Source of the DNA: an uncultured Pelagibacteraceae bacterium
Lineage (GTDB): Bacteria > Pseudomonadota > Alphaproteobacteria > Pelagibacterales > Pelagibacteraceae
Length of the DNA stretch: 64,000 nt
Assembly (NCBI GenBank): GCA_902564245.1
Contig: CACFAF010000002.1
Span: forward strand, 37,958 to 101,957
Reading direction: 5' to 3'
Numbering within the stretch: the stretch's first letter is position 1; every line of letters begins with the position of its first letter. Shown here piece by piece: positions 22,802-34,504 of the stretch. Under the pieces are notes generated by a model. That model searched no databases. It had not been told where the DNA came from and was given only the letters and a program-made list of their open reading frames with translations. The translations under genes and the position numbers were made by a program.

Positions 22802-23227
22802 TTGAAAAAAATATTTATTTCTTCTGATCATGCAGGCTTTAGACTCAAAGAGTCTATTAAAAAATATTTAGAAAAAAAAAATTTTAACTTTCAAGATCTT
22901 GGCCCAATTAGCAGTAATAGTGTTGATTATCCTGATTATGCTCACAAAGTTGCAAAAAAAATTAAGAAAAATAAAAAATATGTCGGTATACTAATATGTG
23001 GTTCTGGTACAGGTATGAATATAGCGGCCAATAAACACAAAAATATTAGGGCAGCACAATGTTTTAATTCAAAATCAACCAAATTATCAAGATTGCATAA
23101 CGATGCAAATATCATTACATTAGGATCAAGACTAATAACAAAAAAAAATGCTCTAAACTTTGTCAGTATTTTTTTGAATACTAAGTTTGAAGGTGGTAGA
23201 CATTTAAGAAGAGTTAAAAAAATATAG
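22802..23227 (+). CDS. rpiB: Ribose-5-phosphate isomerase B
   Basis: SDHAG, VDYPD, ICGSGTG, HNDAN, FEGGRH. Confidence 0.96.
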   Translation: MKKIFISSDHAGFRLKESIKKYLEKKNFNFQDLGPISSNSVDYPDYAHKVAKKIKKNKKYVGILICGSGTGMNIAANKHKNIRAAQCFNSKSTKLSRLHNDANIITLGSRLITKKNALNFVSIFLNTKFEGGRHLRRVKKI

Positions 23228-23229
23228 AT

Positions 23230-24543
23230 ATGTCTAGTGAAAATAAATATTTAAATGATCAATATAAGTCTTTTTTTGAAGATAATTTATCAAAGACTGA
23301 TCCCGAATTATATAAGGCTATAAGAGAAGAGTTAAAAAGACAGCAAGAGCATATTGAGCTTATAGCTTCAGAGAATATAGTTTCAAATGCTGTCCTTGAA
23401 GCGCAAGGTTCAGTTTTAACAAATAAATATGCTGAAGGTTATCCAGGGAAAAGATATTATAATGGATGTGAACATGTTGATGTTGCTGAAAGCTTAGCAA
23501 TTGAAAGATTAAAAAAATTATTTAATTGTAAGTTTGCTAATGCACAACCCCATTCTGGAGCACAAGCAAATGGTGCAGTTTTCTTAGCTTTATTAAAACC
23601 AGGTGATACTATTATGGGTTTAAGTTTAAATTCAGGAGGTCATTTAACTCATGGTTCTAAAGCAGCAGTTTCTGGAAAATGGTTTAATGCTATTGCATAT
23701 GAAGTTGATAAAAAAACTGAATTACTTGATTATAATGAGATAGAGAGATTAGCTGTAGAACACAAACCTAAATTGCTAATAGCTGGTGGAAGCGCTTATT
23801 CAAGAGTAATAGATTTTAAAAAATTTAGAGAAATTGCAGATAAAGTTGGAGCATATTTTATGGTTGATATGGCTCATTTTTCTGGATTAGTTGCTGGGAA
23901 AGGCTATCCTAATCCCGTAGATCATGCTGATGTTGTTACATCAACAACTCATAAAGTTTTTAGAAGTGCAAGAGGAGGAATTATTTTAACGAATAAAGAA
24001 GATCTTGCAAAAAAATTTAATTCAGCTGTATTTCCTGGGTATCAAGGTGGTCCATTAATGCACATTATAGCCGCTAAAGCAGTAGGTTTTTTGGAAGCAC
24101 TAAAACCTGATTTCAGAGAATATATAAATACGGTTTTAGCAAATGCTAAAATTCTAGCTGAAACTTTAAAAAATAATGGTTTCAAGATTTATTCTGGAGG
24201 AACTGATACTCATTTAATGTTAGTCGATTTAAGACCCTTTGGTGTCAAGGGTAATGCAGCTTCGGATAGTCTTTGTAGAGCTAATATAACATGTAATAAA
24301 AATGGAATTCCTTTTGATACAGAAAGTCCAATGATTACTTCTGGTATAAGATTAGGATCTCAAGCAGCAACCACAAGAGGGTTTGGTTTGAAAGAGTTTG
24401 AAAAAGTTGGAGAACTTATATCCAAGGTTGTTAAAGGTCTGTCCAATAATCCTGAAGATAATTCTAGTGTTGAAAAAGAGGTAAGAGAAGAAGTAATTAA
24501 ACTTTGCTCTGCTTTTCCAATTTACAAAAATTTTAATAAATGA
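23230..24543 (+). CDS. glyA: Serine hydroxymethyltransferase
   Basis: [35 protein letters not shown]. Confidence 0.98.
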   Translation: MSSENKYLNDQYKSFFEDNLSKTDPELYKAIREELKRQQEHIELIASENIVSNAVLEAQGSVLTNKYAEGYPGKRYYNGCEHVDVAESLAIERLKKLFNCKFANAQPHSGAQANGAVFLALLKPGDTIMGLSLNSGGHLTHGSKAAVSGKWFNAIAYEVDKKTELLDYNEIERLAVEHKPKLLIAGGSAYSRVIDFKKFREIADKVGAYFMVDMAHFSGLVAGKGYPNPVDHADVVTSTTHKVFRSARGGIILTNKEDLAKKFNSAVFPGYQGGPLMHIIAAKAVGFLEALKPDFREYINTVLANAKILAETLKNNGFKIYSGGTDTHLMLVDLRPFGVKGNAASDSLCRANITCNKNGIPFDTESPMITSGIRLGSQAATTRGFGLKEFEKVGELISKVVKGLSNNPEDNSSVEKEVREEVIKLCSAFPIYKNFNK

Positions 24544-24998
24544 TTTGTCCCTGCGAAAAAAAAGGTGAAACATCTGTAGTAGACTCTCGTCCAACAGAGG
24601 ATGGTACGGCAATACGAAGAAGAAGACTTTGTAGTTGTGGTGCTAGATTTACAACTTTCGAAAGAATTCAACATCGTGAAATTATGGTTGTAAAAAAAAA
24701 TGGAAGAAAGTCATCTTTTGATCGAGATAAATTAGCTAAATCTATTTACATTGCCTTAAAAAAAAGACCGTTGGATACCGAAACTGTAGAAAAATTTATA
24801 ACCAAAATATCAAGATCTTTAGAGGAATTAGGGCAAAATGAAATTTCTTCATCAACTATTGGCACTATGGTTATGGACGGACTAAAAGATTTAGATCCAG
24901 TTGCTTATGTAAGATTTGCATCAGTTTACAGAAATTTTAGAGAAGAAAAAGATTTTATTCAATTTGTGGACAAAATTGATGTCTTCAAAAAAAGATAA
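24540..24998 (+). CDS. nrdR: Transcriptional repressor NrdR
   Basis: VVDSR...IRRRR...RFTTFE, ATP-cone [16 protein letters not shown]. Confidence 0.95.
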   Translation: MICPCEKKGETSVVDSRPTEDGTAIRRRRLCSCGARFTTFERIQHREIMVVKKNGRKSSFDRDKLAKSIYIALKKRPLDTETVEKFITKISRSLEELGQNEISSSTIGTMVMDGLKDLDPVAYVRFASVYRNFREEKDFIQFVDKIDVFKKR

Positions 24999-26082
24999 AT
25001 ATTCAAAAAAAGATCATCTTTATATGCGTCTTGCTTTAGATTTAGCTAAATCTAGACATGGATTTACAGGAAATAATCCATCAGTAGGTTGTGTAATTGT
25101 TAAAAAAGACAAAATTTTATCAATTGGAAGAACAGGAATTCTTGGCAGACCACACGCAGAATATAACGCAATAAATTTTGCAAATCATGACTTAAAAGAT
25201 TCGATTATGTACGTTACTTTAGAACCATGCAATCACTATGGAAAAACACCTCCCTGTACAAACTTAATAATTAAAAAAGGAATAAAAAAAGTTTTTTATT
25301 CAATAAATGATATTGATAAAAAAGTTAAGGGCAAATCATTTAAAATTCTTAAATCAAATAATATTATTGTTAAAACAGGATTATTAAAAAATGATTTAAA
25401 TATTTTTTACGAACCTTACCTTGTAAATAGAAAAAAAAAAGTACCTTACGTAACAGGTAAAATTGCATTATCAAAAAATAATCTAATTTATAATAAAATA
25501 AAAAAAAAGATCACCGATATTTATTCTGACAAGTTAACACATTATCTTAGATATTCTAACGACTCCATTATGATTTCTTATAAAACATTGAATAAGGATA
25601 ATCCTAAACTGAATTGTAGAATTCAAGGACTCAATCGTTCTCCAAGACGAGTTATTTTGGATAATAATTTGGATAGCAAAAAAAATTCTTTTATTATTAA
25701 AAGTGCAAAAAAAAGTAATACGATTTTTTTTTATAATAAAGCCAATAAAGAAAAAATTAATTTTTTTAAAAAAAAAGGTATTAAACTAATCAAAGGTAAA
25801 ATAAATAAAAATTATCAATTTGACTTGAAATCCATATTAAGAGAACTTTATAAAAATGGTTGTAGAAATTTACTTGTAGAAGGTGGAAATGAACTAACAA
25901 AAAGTTTTTTTCATAGAAAGTTATTTAATAAATTCTACTCATTTAAAAGTAATAAAAAATTATCTAAATCTGTTGAATTTAAAGAATTTAATTGCTTTAA
26001 TCTTTTTTCAAAAAATTTTAAAAGAAAATCAAAAATTAATATTAAATTTGGCAAAGACACAATATACCTTTATAAAAAATAA
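24979..26082 (+). CDS. ribD: Riboflavin biosynthesis deaminase/reductase RibD
   Basis: [30 protein letters not shown]. Likely start ATG 24979. Confidence 0.95.
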   Translation: MSSKKDKYSKKDHLYMRLALDLAKSRHGFTGNNPSVGCVIVKKDKILSIGRTGILGRPHAEYNAINFANHDLKDSIMYVTLEPCNHYGKTPPCTNLIIKKGIKKVFYSINDIDKKVKGKSFKILKSNNIIVKTGLLKNDLNIFYEPYLVNRKKKVPYVTGKIALSKNNLIYNKIKKKITDIYSDKLTHYLRYSNDSIMISYKTLNKDNPKLNCRIQGLNRSPRRVILDNNLDSKKNSFIIKSAKKSNTIFFYNKANKEKINFFKKKGIKLIKGKINKNYQFDLKSILRELYKNGCRNLLVEGGNELTKSFFHRKLFNKFYSFKSNKKLSKSVEFKEFNCFNLFSKNFKRKSKINIKFGKDTIYLYKK

Positions 26083-26083
26083 T

Positions 26084-26677
26084 ATGTTTAACGGAATTAT
26101 ATTTAACAAAGCTAAAATTAAGAAAATAGTTAAAAGACCTAAGGGCTTAAATATTTTTTTGAGATCAAATTTACCTGTATCGAAAAAAGATATAGGCATA
26201 TCAATTTCTTGTGACGGAGTATGTTTAACTCTTTTGTCTTATAATAATAAAATTATGGAATTTTATTTATCAAATGAAACTATCCTAAGATCGAAATTTA
26301 AATTTTTAAAAGTTAATGATGTAATTAATGTTGAATTACCACTAAAATATGGACAAAAAATCTCTGGGCATCTATGTCAAGGTCATGTTGACACGATAGC
26401 TAAAGTTATCCAGATTAAAAAAATTGATAAATCATATCTTTTTAGTTTTGCTATAAATTACAAAGAAAGAAAAAATCTCATTGAAAAAGCCTCTATATGC
26501 ATAAATGGAATATCTCTAACTATTTCAAAAAAGATAAAAAAAGGTTTTCAAGTGTGGATTATACCTCATACCTTTAAACTTACAAATTTATCTAATTTGA
26601 AAAAGAATAGTTTGGTAAATATTGAGATAGATATCTTTTCTAAATACGTTAAAAATTATTTTAATGAAAAAAAGTAA
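26084..26677 (+). CDS. ribE: Riboflavin synthase (alpha chain)
   Basis: MFNGII start at 26084, SISCDGVCLT, GHLCQGHVD, INGISLT, VNIEID. Confidence 0.95.
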   Translation: MFNGIIFNKAKIKKIVKRPKGLNIFLRSNLPVSKKDIGISISCDGVCLTLLSYNNKIMEFYLSNETILRSKFKFLKVNDVINVELPLKYGQKISGHLCQGHVDTIAKVIQIKKIDKSYLFSFAINYKERKNLIEKASICINGISLTISKKIKKGFQVWIIPHTFKLTNLSNLKKNSLVNIEIDIFSKYVKNYFNEKK

Positions 26678-27764
26678 TTATACTTCAATTGAGAATATCA
26701 TTAGATTGGCTAAGAATGGTAAAATGTTTATTCTTGTCGATGATGAAAAGAGAGAAAATGAAGGAGATTTAGTTATTTCTAGTTCAGATTCAAATGCACA
26801 AAATATTAATTTTATGGCTAAATATGGAAGAGGTTTAATTTGTTTGGCAATGGATAACTCACAAGCTAAAAAATTAGATTTGCCTCCAATGTCACTTGTA
26901 AATGAATCAAGAAACCAGACTGCATTTACTGTTTCCATTGAAGCAAAAAAAGGTATTACAACTGGTATATCAGCCAAAGATAGAGCGCTTACAATTAAAA
27001 TTGCATCAAAAAAAAATGTAAATAAAAAAGATATTGTTTCCCCAGGACATGTTTTTCCAATTATTGCTAAAGATGGTGGTGTTTTAGTTAGAGCAGGTCA
27101 TACTGAGGCTTCAGTTGATATTTCAAAGCTAGCAAAAAAAAATAATTCAGCAGTTATATGTGAAATAATGAATGAAGATGGATCAATGGCAAAAGGTCAA
27201 GATTTATCTAATTTTGCAGAAAAGCACAATTTAAAAATTGGAAAAATTGAAGATCTTATTTCTTATAGATTAAAGAAAGAAAAATTGATTAAATTAAAAA
27301 AAACTTCAGAAATCGAAGTTAAAAATAAAAAATATAAAATAAAAATTTATGAAAATCTATTAGATGGATCAGAACATTTTGCACTTATAAAAGGAAATAT
27401 TAAAAAAGGAATTATTCCAAGAGTTAGAGTTATTTCATCAAATGTAGTCCATAATTATCTTATTAATCAACAATTACCTAATTCATTTAATAATACTTTA
27501 AATTACTTTAAAAAATTTAATAATTGTGTTTTAGTATTCATTAAAGATACTAATCTTAAATCGGTTACCCAAACACTTAAAGATTATAAAAATAAAGATT
27601 TTTATAAAAAGGGGAATGACAAGCTTATTAGAAATTATGGTATTGGAGCTCAAATAATAAAAGACCTTAAAATTAGAAAAATGATTTTAATTACAAAATC
27701 TCCAAAAAAGGTTATTGGTTTAGAAGGTTATGATATAAAAATAACTAAACAAGAATTAATATAA
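26664..27764 (+). CDS. ribB: 3,4-dihydroxy-2-butanone 4-phosphate synthase fused to a degenerate GTP cyclohydrolase II-like domain (RibBX-type)
   Basis: DDEKRENEGD, PGHVFP, RAGHTEA. The C-terminal domain keeps RNYGIGAQI but lacks the Zn-binding cysteines. Confidence 0.92.
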   Translation: MKKSNYTSIENIIRLAKNGKMFILVDDEKRENEGDLVISSSDSNAQNINFMAKYGRGLICLAMDNSQAKKLDLPPMSLVNESRNQTAFTVSIEAKKGITTGISAKDRALTIKIASKKNVNKKDIVSPGHVFPIIAKDGGVLVRAGHTEASVDISKLAKKNNSAVICEIMNEDGSMAKGQDLSNFAEKHNLKIGKIEDLISYRLKKEKLIKLKKTSEIEVKNKKYKIKIYENLLDGSEHFALIKGNIKKGIIPRVRVISSNVVHNYLINQQLPNSFNNTLNYFKKFNNCVLVFIKDTNLKSVTQTLKDYKNKDFYKKGNDKLIRNYGIGAQIIKDLKIRKMILITKSPKKVIGLEGYDIKITKQELI

Positions 27765-28153
27765 TGAAAAAAAGAATACTGATTGTAGTTGCGGACTATT
27801 ACAAAGACATATCATTTGGTTTATTAAAAAGTACTAAAAATTTATTAGCCAAAAGCAATAAAATTAAGATTATTAAAGTACCTGGCGTTTTTGAAATACC
27901 AGTTACAATTTCAAAAAATATCAAAAAATATGATGCGTTTATTGCTCTCGGATGCGTAATAAAGGGACAAACTCCTCATTTTGATTTTATTTCTAAGTCT
28001 TCTATAGATGCAATTATGGAGCTTTCTATAAATAATAAAAAACCAATAGGTAATGGAATTATTACTTGTTTAAATATGAAGCAAGCTAAAGCTAGAAAAA
28101 GGAAAGGTGCTGAAGCTGCAAAAGCTATAATATCAGTTCTATCTCAAAAATGA
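27764..28153 (+). CDS. ribH: 6,7-dimethyl-8-ribityllumazine synthase
   Basis: VPGVFEIP, LGCVIKGQTPHFD, PIGNGI. Confidence 0.96.
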   Translation: MKKRILIVVADYYKDISFGLLKSTKNLLAKSNKIKIIKVPGVFEIPVTISKNIKKYDAFIALGCVIKGQTPHFDFISKSSIDAIMELSINNKKPIGNGIITCLNMKQAKARKRKGAEAAKAIISVLSQK

Positions 28154-28554
28154 GAACTTCTTTTAGACCAAAAGATAATCCAAGAGTTATTATTATTCAA
28201 AAATTATATGGAAAATTTTTTAACAAAGAAGAGCAATTAATCTTTCCAAAACATAGATTTAGAAAATTTATAAAAGATATTGTTTCAGGAACTATTGAGA
28301 GAGATGATGTCATATTAGATGAATTAAGTAAAAAACTTGGAAATCAATTCAATTATAAGAATCTTGATAAAGTTTTTCAAGTAATTCTAAAATCTGCAAC
28401 TTATGAATTTTTATATAAACCAAATTTATCAATTAATATAATAATAAAGGAGTATTTAAATGCTTCCAATTACTTTATAGATAATTCACAAACAAAATAT
28501 TTAAATGCTTTATTAGACAATGTTGCTAAAAAATTAAGATCATCGAATGCATGA
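28150..28554 (+). CDS. nusB: Transcription antitermination factor NusB
   Basis: ILKSATYE, IIIKEY, YLNALLD; conserved ribH-nusB-thiL order. Confidence 0.85.
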   Translation: MRTSFRPKDNPRVIIIQKLYGKFFNKEEQLIFPKHRFRKFIKDIVSGTIERDDVILDELSKKLGNQFNYKNLDKVFQVILKSATYEFLYKPNLSINIIIKEYLNASNYFIDNSQTKYLNALLDNVAKKLRSSNA

Positions 28555-29506
28555 ATTTGAAATTATAAAAAAATATTTCTTAAAATTATCAAATAATAAT
28601 AAAAGTGCACTTAGCTTTAGCGATGATGTTTTTTATGATAAATCTAAACAATTAGTGTTATCAATTGATACCTATGTGGAAGGTATTCATTTTATTAATT
28701 TTAAAAAGCCTGAATTAGTTATTAAGAAAATCTTTCGTTCTTCTATTTCAGATCTTATTTGTAAAGGTGTTAAACCAAAATATTATTTCATTTCTGCTTC
28801 AGGAAATAGTCGGTCTTTTTCTAAGTCAAATTTAAAAAAAATTTCAAAATCTTTGCAACAAGAACAAAAAAAATACAATATATATTTAGGTGGTGGCGAT
28901 ACTGTTTTATCAAAAAAATTAAGTTTTACCATTACATCTATTGGTTTTTCAAAAAAAATAATTCTCAGAAATAATGCAAAACTTAATGATGATATTTATA
29001 TAACAGGTAATTTAGGTGATAGCTATACTGGTTTAAAAGTTTTACAAAAAAAAATTAATATAAAAAAAGAATTGAAAGAATATTTTATAAATAAATATTA
29101 TCTTCCTGATTTACATTTGAATTTGACAAAAAAACTGTTTAATTTTGCTAATACTTCTATTGATGTATCTGATGGACTTATAGCTGATTTACAAAAGTTA
29201 ATTTTTAATCAAAAATTGTCTTTTAAGATTTATTTAAACAGTGTTCCTATTTCACAAAATCTCAATAGATTAATCTTTAATAAAAATTTGAAAAAATTAT
29301 CTTATATTTCTCGAGGTGATGATTACCAGGTTCTTTTTACAGCATCACCATCCAAATCAAGAATCATTAATAAAATCAGTAAATCCTTGGGTATTAAGAT
29401 TTCTAAAATAGGAAAAATTTGTAAGCACTCTTTCAAATCTGAAATTATTGGTGAAAAAGGGAATAAAATTGCCCTTAAACACAAAGGTTATTATCATCAA
29501 TTTTAG
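28547..29506 (+). CDS. thiL: Thiamine-monophosphate kinase
   Basis: MHEFEII, EGIHF, GGGDT, IDVSDGL, GDDYQ. Confidence 0.94.
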   Translation: MHEFEIIKKYFLKLSNNNKSALSFSDDVFYDKSKQLVLSIDTYVEGIHFINFKKPELVIKKIFRSSISDLICKGVKPKYYFISASGNSRSFSKSNLKKISKSLQQEQKKYNIYLGGGDTVLSKKLSFTITSIGFSKKIILRNNAKLNDDIYITGNLGDSYTGLKVLQKKINIKKELKEYFINKYYLPDLHLNLTKKLFNFANTSIDVSDGLIADLQKLIFNQKLSFKIYLNSVPISQNLNRLIFNKNLKKLSYISRGDDYQVLFTASPSKSRIINKISKSLGIKISKIGKICKHSFKSEIIGEKGNKIALKHKGYYHQF

Positions 29507-29587
29507 AAGTTAATTATTGCCTTTTATTCCTTTTTTTGTATTGTCCGGATTTTAATAACTAACAACCAACAATTTATTAAGGTAAAT

Positions 29588-31693
29588 ATGAACTCAACTA
29601 TTGAAAATATACTTTTATATACTATAGCCGCTGGTTTTTTATCTATTGTTTATGGATATTTTACTGGGAAAAATATTTTAAATTCAAGTGCAGGTAATAC
29701 TAAAATGCAAGAAATTGCTTCTGCTATTCAAATTGGAGCTAAGGCATATTTAGCTAGACAATACAAAACAATCGCAATAGTTGGAATTGTTGTTTTAGTT
29801 ATCGTTAGTATTGCCTTTAGTCCGCTAGTAGGCTTAGGTTATCTTATTGGTGCATCTTTATCTGGTATTGCTGGTTATGTTGGTATGTTAGTCTCTGTAC
29901 AGGCAAATGTTAGAACTGCTGAAGCATCTAGAAAAGGTCTAGCTAATGGTCTTTCAGTTGCTTTTAAATCAGGAGCTGTAACAGGTATGTTGGTTGCTGG
30001 TTTAGCTTTATTAGCTATTGCTGTTTATTATTATTTATTATTAAAATTTGGCATAGATGAGAGAGAAATTGTAAATGCATTAGTTGCTTTAGGATTTGGA
30101 GCTTCTTTAATTTCAATTTTTGCAAGATTGGGTGGAGGTATATTTACAAAAGGTGCTGACGTTGGTGCTGATTTAGTAGGAAAAGTTGAAGCTGGTATAC
30201 CAGAAGATGATCCAAGAAATCCTGCTGTAATTGCTGATAATGTTGGAGACAATGTAGGTGATTGTGCAGGCATGGCAGCAGATTTGTTTGAAACTTACGC
30301 AGTAACTATAGTAGCTACTATGGTTTTATCATCTATATTTTTTCCAGGTGATATGTCAATGATGATTTATCCATTAACAATTGGAGGTGCTTGTATTTTA
30401 ACTTCTATTTTAGGAACCTTCTTTGTTAAACTTGGTAAAAGTAAAAATGTTATGAATGCTTTATACAAAGGATTTGTTGTTTCTGCTGTTGCCTCATTAG
30501 CTATACTTTATCCAGTAACTGATTATGTACTGGGTTTAGAAAATATATATGATTTAAATAATAAATCATTTTCTGGTATGAGTTTATATTACTGTGGAAT
30601 CATTGGATTAATTATCACTGGCCTTTTAATTTGGGTTACTGAATATTATACTGGCACAAATTATAGACCAGTAAAAAGTGTTGCTTCATCATCAACTACA
30701 GGACATGGAACAAATGTCATTCAAGGTTTGGCAGTTTCAATGGAAGCAACTGCAATACCAGCATTAATAATTGTAGCAGGAATTTTAATTACAAATTCAA
30801 TAGCTGGTTTATATGGAATAGCAATAGCAGTCACAACTATGTTAGCTTTAGCTGGAATGGTTGTAGCTTTAGATGCTTATGGCCCTGTAACAGATAATGC
30901 TGGCGGAATTGCCGAAATGTCAAAATTACCAAACAATGTTAGAAAAACAACAGATGCATTAGATGCCGTAGGAAACACAACAAAAGCTGTAACAAAAGGA
31001 TATGCAATAGGTTCAGCTGGATTAGGTGCTTTAGTTTTATTTGCTGCATACACTGAGGATATAAAACACTTCTCAAAAGTTGCTGGATCTAAATTAGAGG
31101 GTATTGTTGTAACTTTTGATTTATCAAATCCATATATAGTTGTTGGTTTATTAATTGGTGGAATGCTTCCTTATTTGTTTGGTTCAATGGGAATGCAAGC
31201 TGTTGGAAGAGCGGGAGGAGCTGTTGTAGTTGAAGTTAGAAGACAATTTAAAAAATATCCAGGTATTATGAAACGTAAACAAAAACCTGATTATGCTAAA
31301 CTTGTTGATTTACTAACAAAAGCTGCAATCAAAGAAATGATTGTTCCTTCATTATTACCTGTTTTATCACCTATCATTTTATATTTTGTAATTTTACCAA
31401 TTGGTGGTCAAGTAGCAGCTCTAGCTTCTGTTGGGGCAATGTTACTAGGGGTAATCATCACAGGTTTATTTGTTGCAGTTTCTATGACAGCAGGTGGTGG
31501 AGCATGGGATAATGCTAAAAAATATATTGAAGATGGCAATCATGGTGGCAAAGGTTCCGAAGCTCACAAAGCTGCAGTAACCGGAGATACCGTAGGTGAT
31601 CCCTACAAAGATACAGCAGGACCAGCTGTAAATCCCATGATAAAGATTACCAATATTGTAGCTTTATTATTATTAGCAGTGATAGCTGGTTAG
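29588..31693 (+). CDS. hppA: Membrane-bound proton-translocating pyrophosphatase, probably K+-independent
   Basis: [35 protein letters not shown]. The GNTTKA Lys marks the K+-independent type. Confidence 0.96.
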   Translation: MNSTIENILLYTIAAGFLSIVYGYFTGKNILNSSAGNTKMQEIASAIQIGAKAYLARQYKTIAIVGIVVLVIVSIAFSPLVGLGYLIGASLSGIAGYVGMLVSVQANVRTAEASRKGLANGLSVAFKSGAVTGMLVAGLALLAIAVYYYLLLKFGIDEREIVNALVALGFGASLISIFARLGGGIFTKGADVGADLVGKVEAGIPEDDPRNPAVIADNVGDNVGDCAGMAADLFETYAVTIVATMVLSSIFFPGDMSMMIYPLTIGGACILTSILGTFFVKLGKSKNVMNALYKGFVVSAVASLAILYPVTDYVLGLENIYDLNNKSFSGMSLYYCGIIGLIITGLLIWVTEYYTGTNYRPVKSVASSSTTGHGTNVIQGLAVSMEATAIPALIIVAGILITNSIAGLYGIAIAVTTMLALAGMVVALDAYGPVTDNAGGIAEMSKLPNNVRKTTDALDAVGNTTKAVTKGYAIGSAGLGALVLFAAYTEDIKHFSKVAGSKLEGIVVTFDLSNPYIVVGLLIGGMLPYLFGSMGMQAVGRAGGAVVVEVRRQFKKYPGIMKRKQKPDYAKLVDLLTKAAIKEMIVPSLLPVLSPIILYFVILPIGGQVAALASVGAMLLGVIITGLFVAVSMTAGGGAWDNAKKYIEDGNHGGKGSEAHKAAVTGDTVGDPYKDTAGPAVNPMIKITNIVALLLLAVIAG

Positions 31694-31694
31694 T

Positions 31695-32159
31695 TTATTT
31701 TTTTTTTCTTTTATTTAATGGGTCATTTAATTTTTGCCTCATACTTGAAAGAAAATCATAAACAAATGATTTTTTTGAATATCCTAATTTTGTTGTTTCT
31801 TTTGAGAACTCCAATGATTCCATATTGTTAATGTCAAAAAAATCTTTTTTAACTAAAAGACCTCTATTATTAATTTCAAGCAACAAAACATTATTTACTA
31901 CCATTTTTGATTTACCTAATTTAAAAACAGAAGATTTTGAAGTTTTTCTCTCAATATAAATCCAAAGATCATTATCAAATGTACTTTTTGTAGAAGGAGG
32001 ACCTAGTAATTTTAACACATCATTCTTATTTGTTGTATTAAGATCTAGTTGATTTTGCTTAACTTCTAAAAACTGCACACCATGAGTTTTTACAACTTTA
32101 TTTAACGTACAATTTGAAATAATAATACATGATAGAATTAAAAATAATATTTTTTTCAT
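31695..32159 (-). CDS. bamE: Outer membrane protein assembly factor BamE-like lipoprotein
   Basis: Lipobox-like ISNC, VLKLLGPPS, WIYI. Confidence 0.85.
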   Translation of the reverse strand: MKKILFLILSCIIISNCTLNKVVKTHGVQFLEVKQNQLDLNTTNKNDVLKLLGPPSTKSTFDNDLWIYIERKTSKSSVFKLGKSKMVVNNVLLLEINNRGLLVKKDFFDINNMESLEFSKETTKLGYSKKSFVYDFLSSMRQKLNDPLNKRKKK

Positions 32160-32622
32160 GAATAATAAATATATAAATATTTACAATAATTTAGTCAATT
32201 TAACTAGAAATAAAGATTTATATAAAAAGTTTACAAGTGATACTTTTTCTGATCGTCTGATATTCTTTTTGTTGCATTTTGCCTTCTTTTTAAAGGTTTT
32301 TAAAAAAGACAGTAATAAAAAAATATTACAAGAAATTTATGACTACATATTTAGACAAATTGAATTAAGTATACGTGAAATTGGGTATGGAGATCAGTCT
32401 ATCAATAAGAAGATGAAAGATTATTTAAATCTTTTCTACGCCATGATTAATGAAATAAATAATTGGGATAATTTAACGATTCAACAAAAATCTAAACTTC
32501 TAAGTAATTTTCTAGACAAACGAGCTGATGTCATTTTTTTAGCAGAATACTTTGAAAAATACTTAAAAAAATTGTTAAATAATACTTTAAATTCTTATAT
32601 AAAAGGTGTAGTTAAAGATTAA
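32158..32622 (+). CDS. Ubiquinol-cytochrome c chaperone (Cbp3-like) family protein
   Basis: DTFSDR...[20 protein letters not shown]; typical neighbour of bamE. Confidence 0.85.
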   Translation: MNNKYINIYNNLVNLTRNKDLYKKFTSDTFSDRLIFFLLHFAFFLKVFKKDSNKKILQEIYDYIFRQIELSIREIGYGDQSINKKMKDYLNLFYAMINEINNWDNLTIQQKSKLLSNFLDKRADVIFLAEYFEKYLKKLLNNTLNSYIKGVVKD

Positions 32623-32627
32623 TTATT

Positions 32628-32810
32628 ATGGCTGTACCAAAACGTAAACAAACACCGTCTAGAACTGGAATGAGAAGGGCTCAAACTATGAAGATCTCTT
32701 CCAAAAATATTGTCGAAGATAAAAAATCCGGTGAATATAGGTTGTCACATCATTTAGACTTAAAAACTGGTATGTATAAGGGCAGACAAGTTCTTGACCC
32801 AAAGGAATAA
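32628..32810 (+). CDS. rpmF: 50S ribosomal protein L32
   Basis: MAVPKRK...SR.GMRR...SHH...GMYKGRQV. Confidence 0.96.
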   Translation: MAVPKRKQTPSRTGMRRAQTMKISSKNIVEDKKSGEYRLSHHLDLKTGMYKGRQVLDPKE

Positions 32811-32828
32811 TAAATAAAAAAATATAAA

Positions 32829-33833
32829 ATGACTGAAGTTATAAAAATTGCAGTAGATGCAATGGGTGGAGATGGTTCACCAAAAAAAATTATCGATGGT
32901 ATTAATCATCATTTTTCTAATAACGGAAATACATTTTATCAAATTTTTGGAGACAATGATAAAATTCAAAAACTTATACCTAAGACTCTAGATAAAAATG
33001 CATATGAAATTATCCATACTAATGAAGTTGTTGAAGGGACTGATACACCATTAGAAGCCGCAAAAAGAGGAAAAAAAACAAGTATGTGGTTAGCTATTGA
33101 AAGTGTTAAGAATAAAAAAACTGATATTGTAATATCTGCTGGTAACACTGGTGCACTATTAGTTATAGCAAAATTAAATTTAAAAATGATTGAAAACATT
33201 GATAAGCCAGCCTTATCAGCATTGTGGCCAAATAAAAAAGGAATGAGTGTAGTTTTAGATTTAGGAGCAAATATTGAATGTAGTGAAAAAAATCTAGTTG
33301 ATTTTAGCTTGATGGGTGCTTCATTATTTAATGCTTTATATCCTAATGAAAAAGCAAAAGTAGCATTATTAAATATAGGATCTGAAGAAATGAAAGGTAA
33401 TGAAACAATCAAAAATACTTACCAAAAATTAAGTGAAAAAAAAAATCAAGATTATGAATTTAAAGGCTATATAGAAGGAAACTATCTAATGAATGGCGAT
33501 GTTAATGTAATCGTTTCAGATGGTTTTACAGGAAATGTAGCACTTAAAACTGCAGAGGGAACTGCCACTTTTATAACAGATGAATTAAAAAAAGCTTTAT
33601 CAGGTACATTATTAGGAAAAATTTCTTCTTTACTAAATATTAGCAATTTAAAAAAATTCAAGAAAAGATTAGATCCAAGACTATATAATGGAGCAATTTT
33701 TATTGGTTTGGACTCACCTGTTATCAAGAGTCATGGTGGAACAGATTATATAGGTTTTTCAAATTCTTTAAGTGTTTGTGATAAAATAGTTAGAGGAAAT
33801 TTAATAAAAAAAATTAAAGAAAATATTAATTAA
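32829..33833 (+). CDS. plsX: Phosphate acyltransferase PlsX
   Basis: IAVDAMGGD, SAGNTGA, LDLGAN, DGFTGNVALKTAEG, KSHG. Confidence 0.97.
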   Translation: MTEVIKIAVDAMGGDGSPKKIIDGINHHFSNNGNTFYQIFGDNDKIQKLIPKTLDKNAYEIIHTNEVVEGTDTPLEAAKRGKKTSMWLAIESVKNKKTDIVISAGNTGALLVIAKLNLKMIENIDKPALSALWPNKKGMSVVLDLGANIECSEKNLVDFSLMGASLFNALYPNEKAKVALLNIGSEEMKGNETIKNTYQKLSEKKNQDYEFKGYIEGNYLMNGDVNVIVSDGFTGNVALKTAEGTATFITDELKKALSGTLLGKISSLLNISNLKKFKKRLDPRLYNGAIFIGLDSPVIKSHGGTDYIGFSNSLSVCDKIVRGNLIKKIKENIN

Positions 33834-34139
33834 ATGAGAATTAATTTAACTAAAAAAGAATTAATTAATACAATTTATATGCAGATTGGCTTTTCTAAAA
33901 GAATATCTGAGAATTTGTTAGAAGATATAATGGACACAATAGTCAAAAATTTAAAAACTAATAAACAGGTAAAAATTTCAAAATTTGGTACTTTTACTTT
34001 AAGAAATAAAAAAAAAAGAATAGGCAGAAATCCAAAAACAAAAGAAAAAAAAATTATATCTGAGAGAAATGTAGTTTTATTTAAACCTTCTAAAGATTTT
34101 AAAAATTTAATAAATTTAAAAGAAAATGACGAAACTTGA
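33834..34139 (+). CDS. ihfA: Integration host factor subunit alpha
   Basis: LTKKEL, VKISKFGTF, RIGRNPKT; position after plsX. Confidence 0.88.
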   Translation: MRINLTKKELINTIYMQIGFSKRISENLLEDIMDTIVKNLKTNKQVKISKFGTFTLRNKKKRIGRNPKTKEKKIISERNVVLFKPSKDFKNLINLKENDET

Positions 34140-34503
34140 TGATGCTTATAAATCTATTGGTGAAGTAGCAAAAATATTAAATCTTGTTAATAAAAAGAAT
34201 GGAAATCTAAATACACATACTATTAGATTTTGGGAAAAAGAAATTAAACAAATCAAACCAAAAATTTTAACTGGTAACAGAAGATATTATGATAAAAATA
34301 CTATAGATCTGCTTAAAAAAGTGAAATTTTTACTTAAAGATCATGGCATGACTATTAATGGAGTTAAGAAACTTCTTAGTGAAAATAAATCAATAAAACT
34401 TGACGAAATGTCAAATGAATCTATAAGTACTAACAATTTAAAGTTAAAAAATAAAATTAAAAAAATTTTAAATATAGTAAAAGAAATAAAAAAACTGAAA
34501 TAA
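34126..34503 (+). CDS. MerR family transcriptional regulator
   Basis: SIGEVAK, HTIRFWEKE, RRYY, GMTINGV; conserved ihfA neighbour. Confidence 0.9.
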   Translation: MTKLDDAYKSIGEVAKILNLVNKKNGNLNTHTIRFWEKEIKQIKPKILTGNRRYYDKNTIDLLKKVKFLLKDHGMTINGVKKLLSENKSIKLDEMSNESISTNNLKLKNKIKKILNIVKEIKKLK

Positions 34504-34504
34504 G

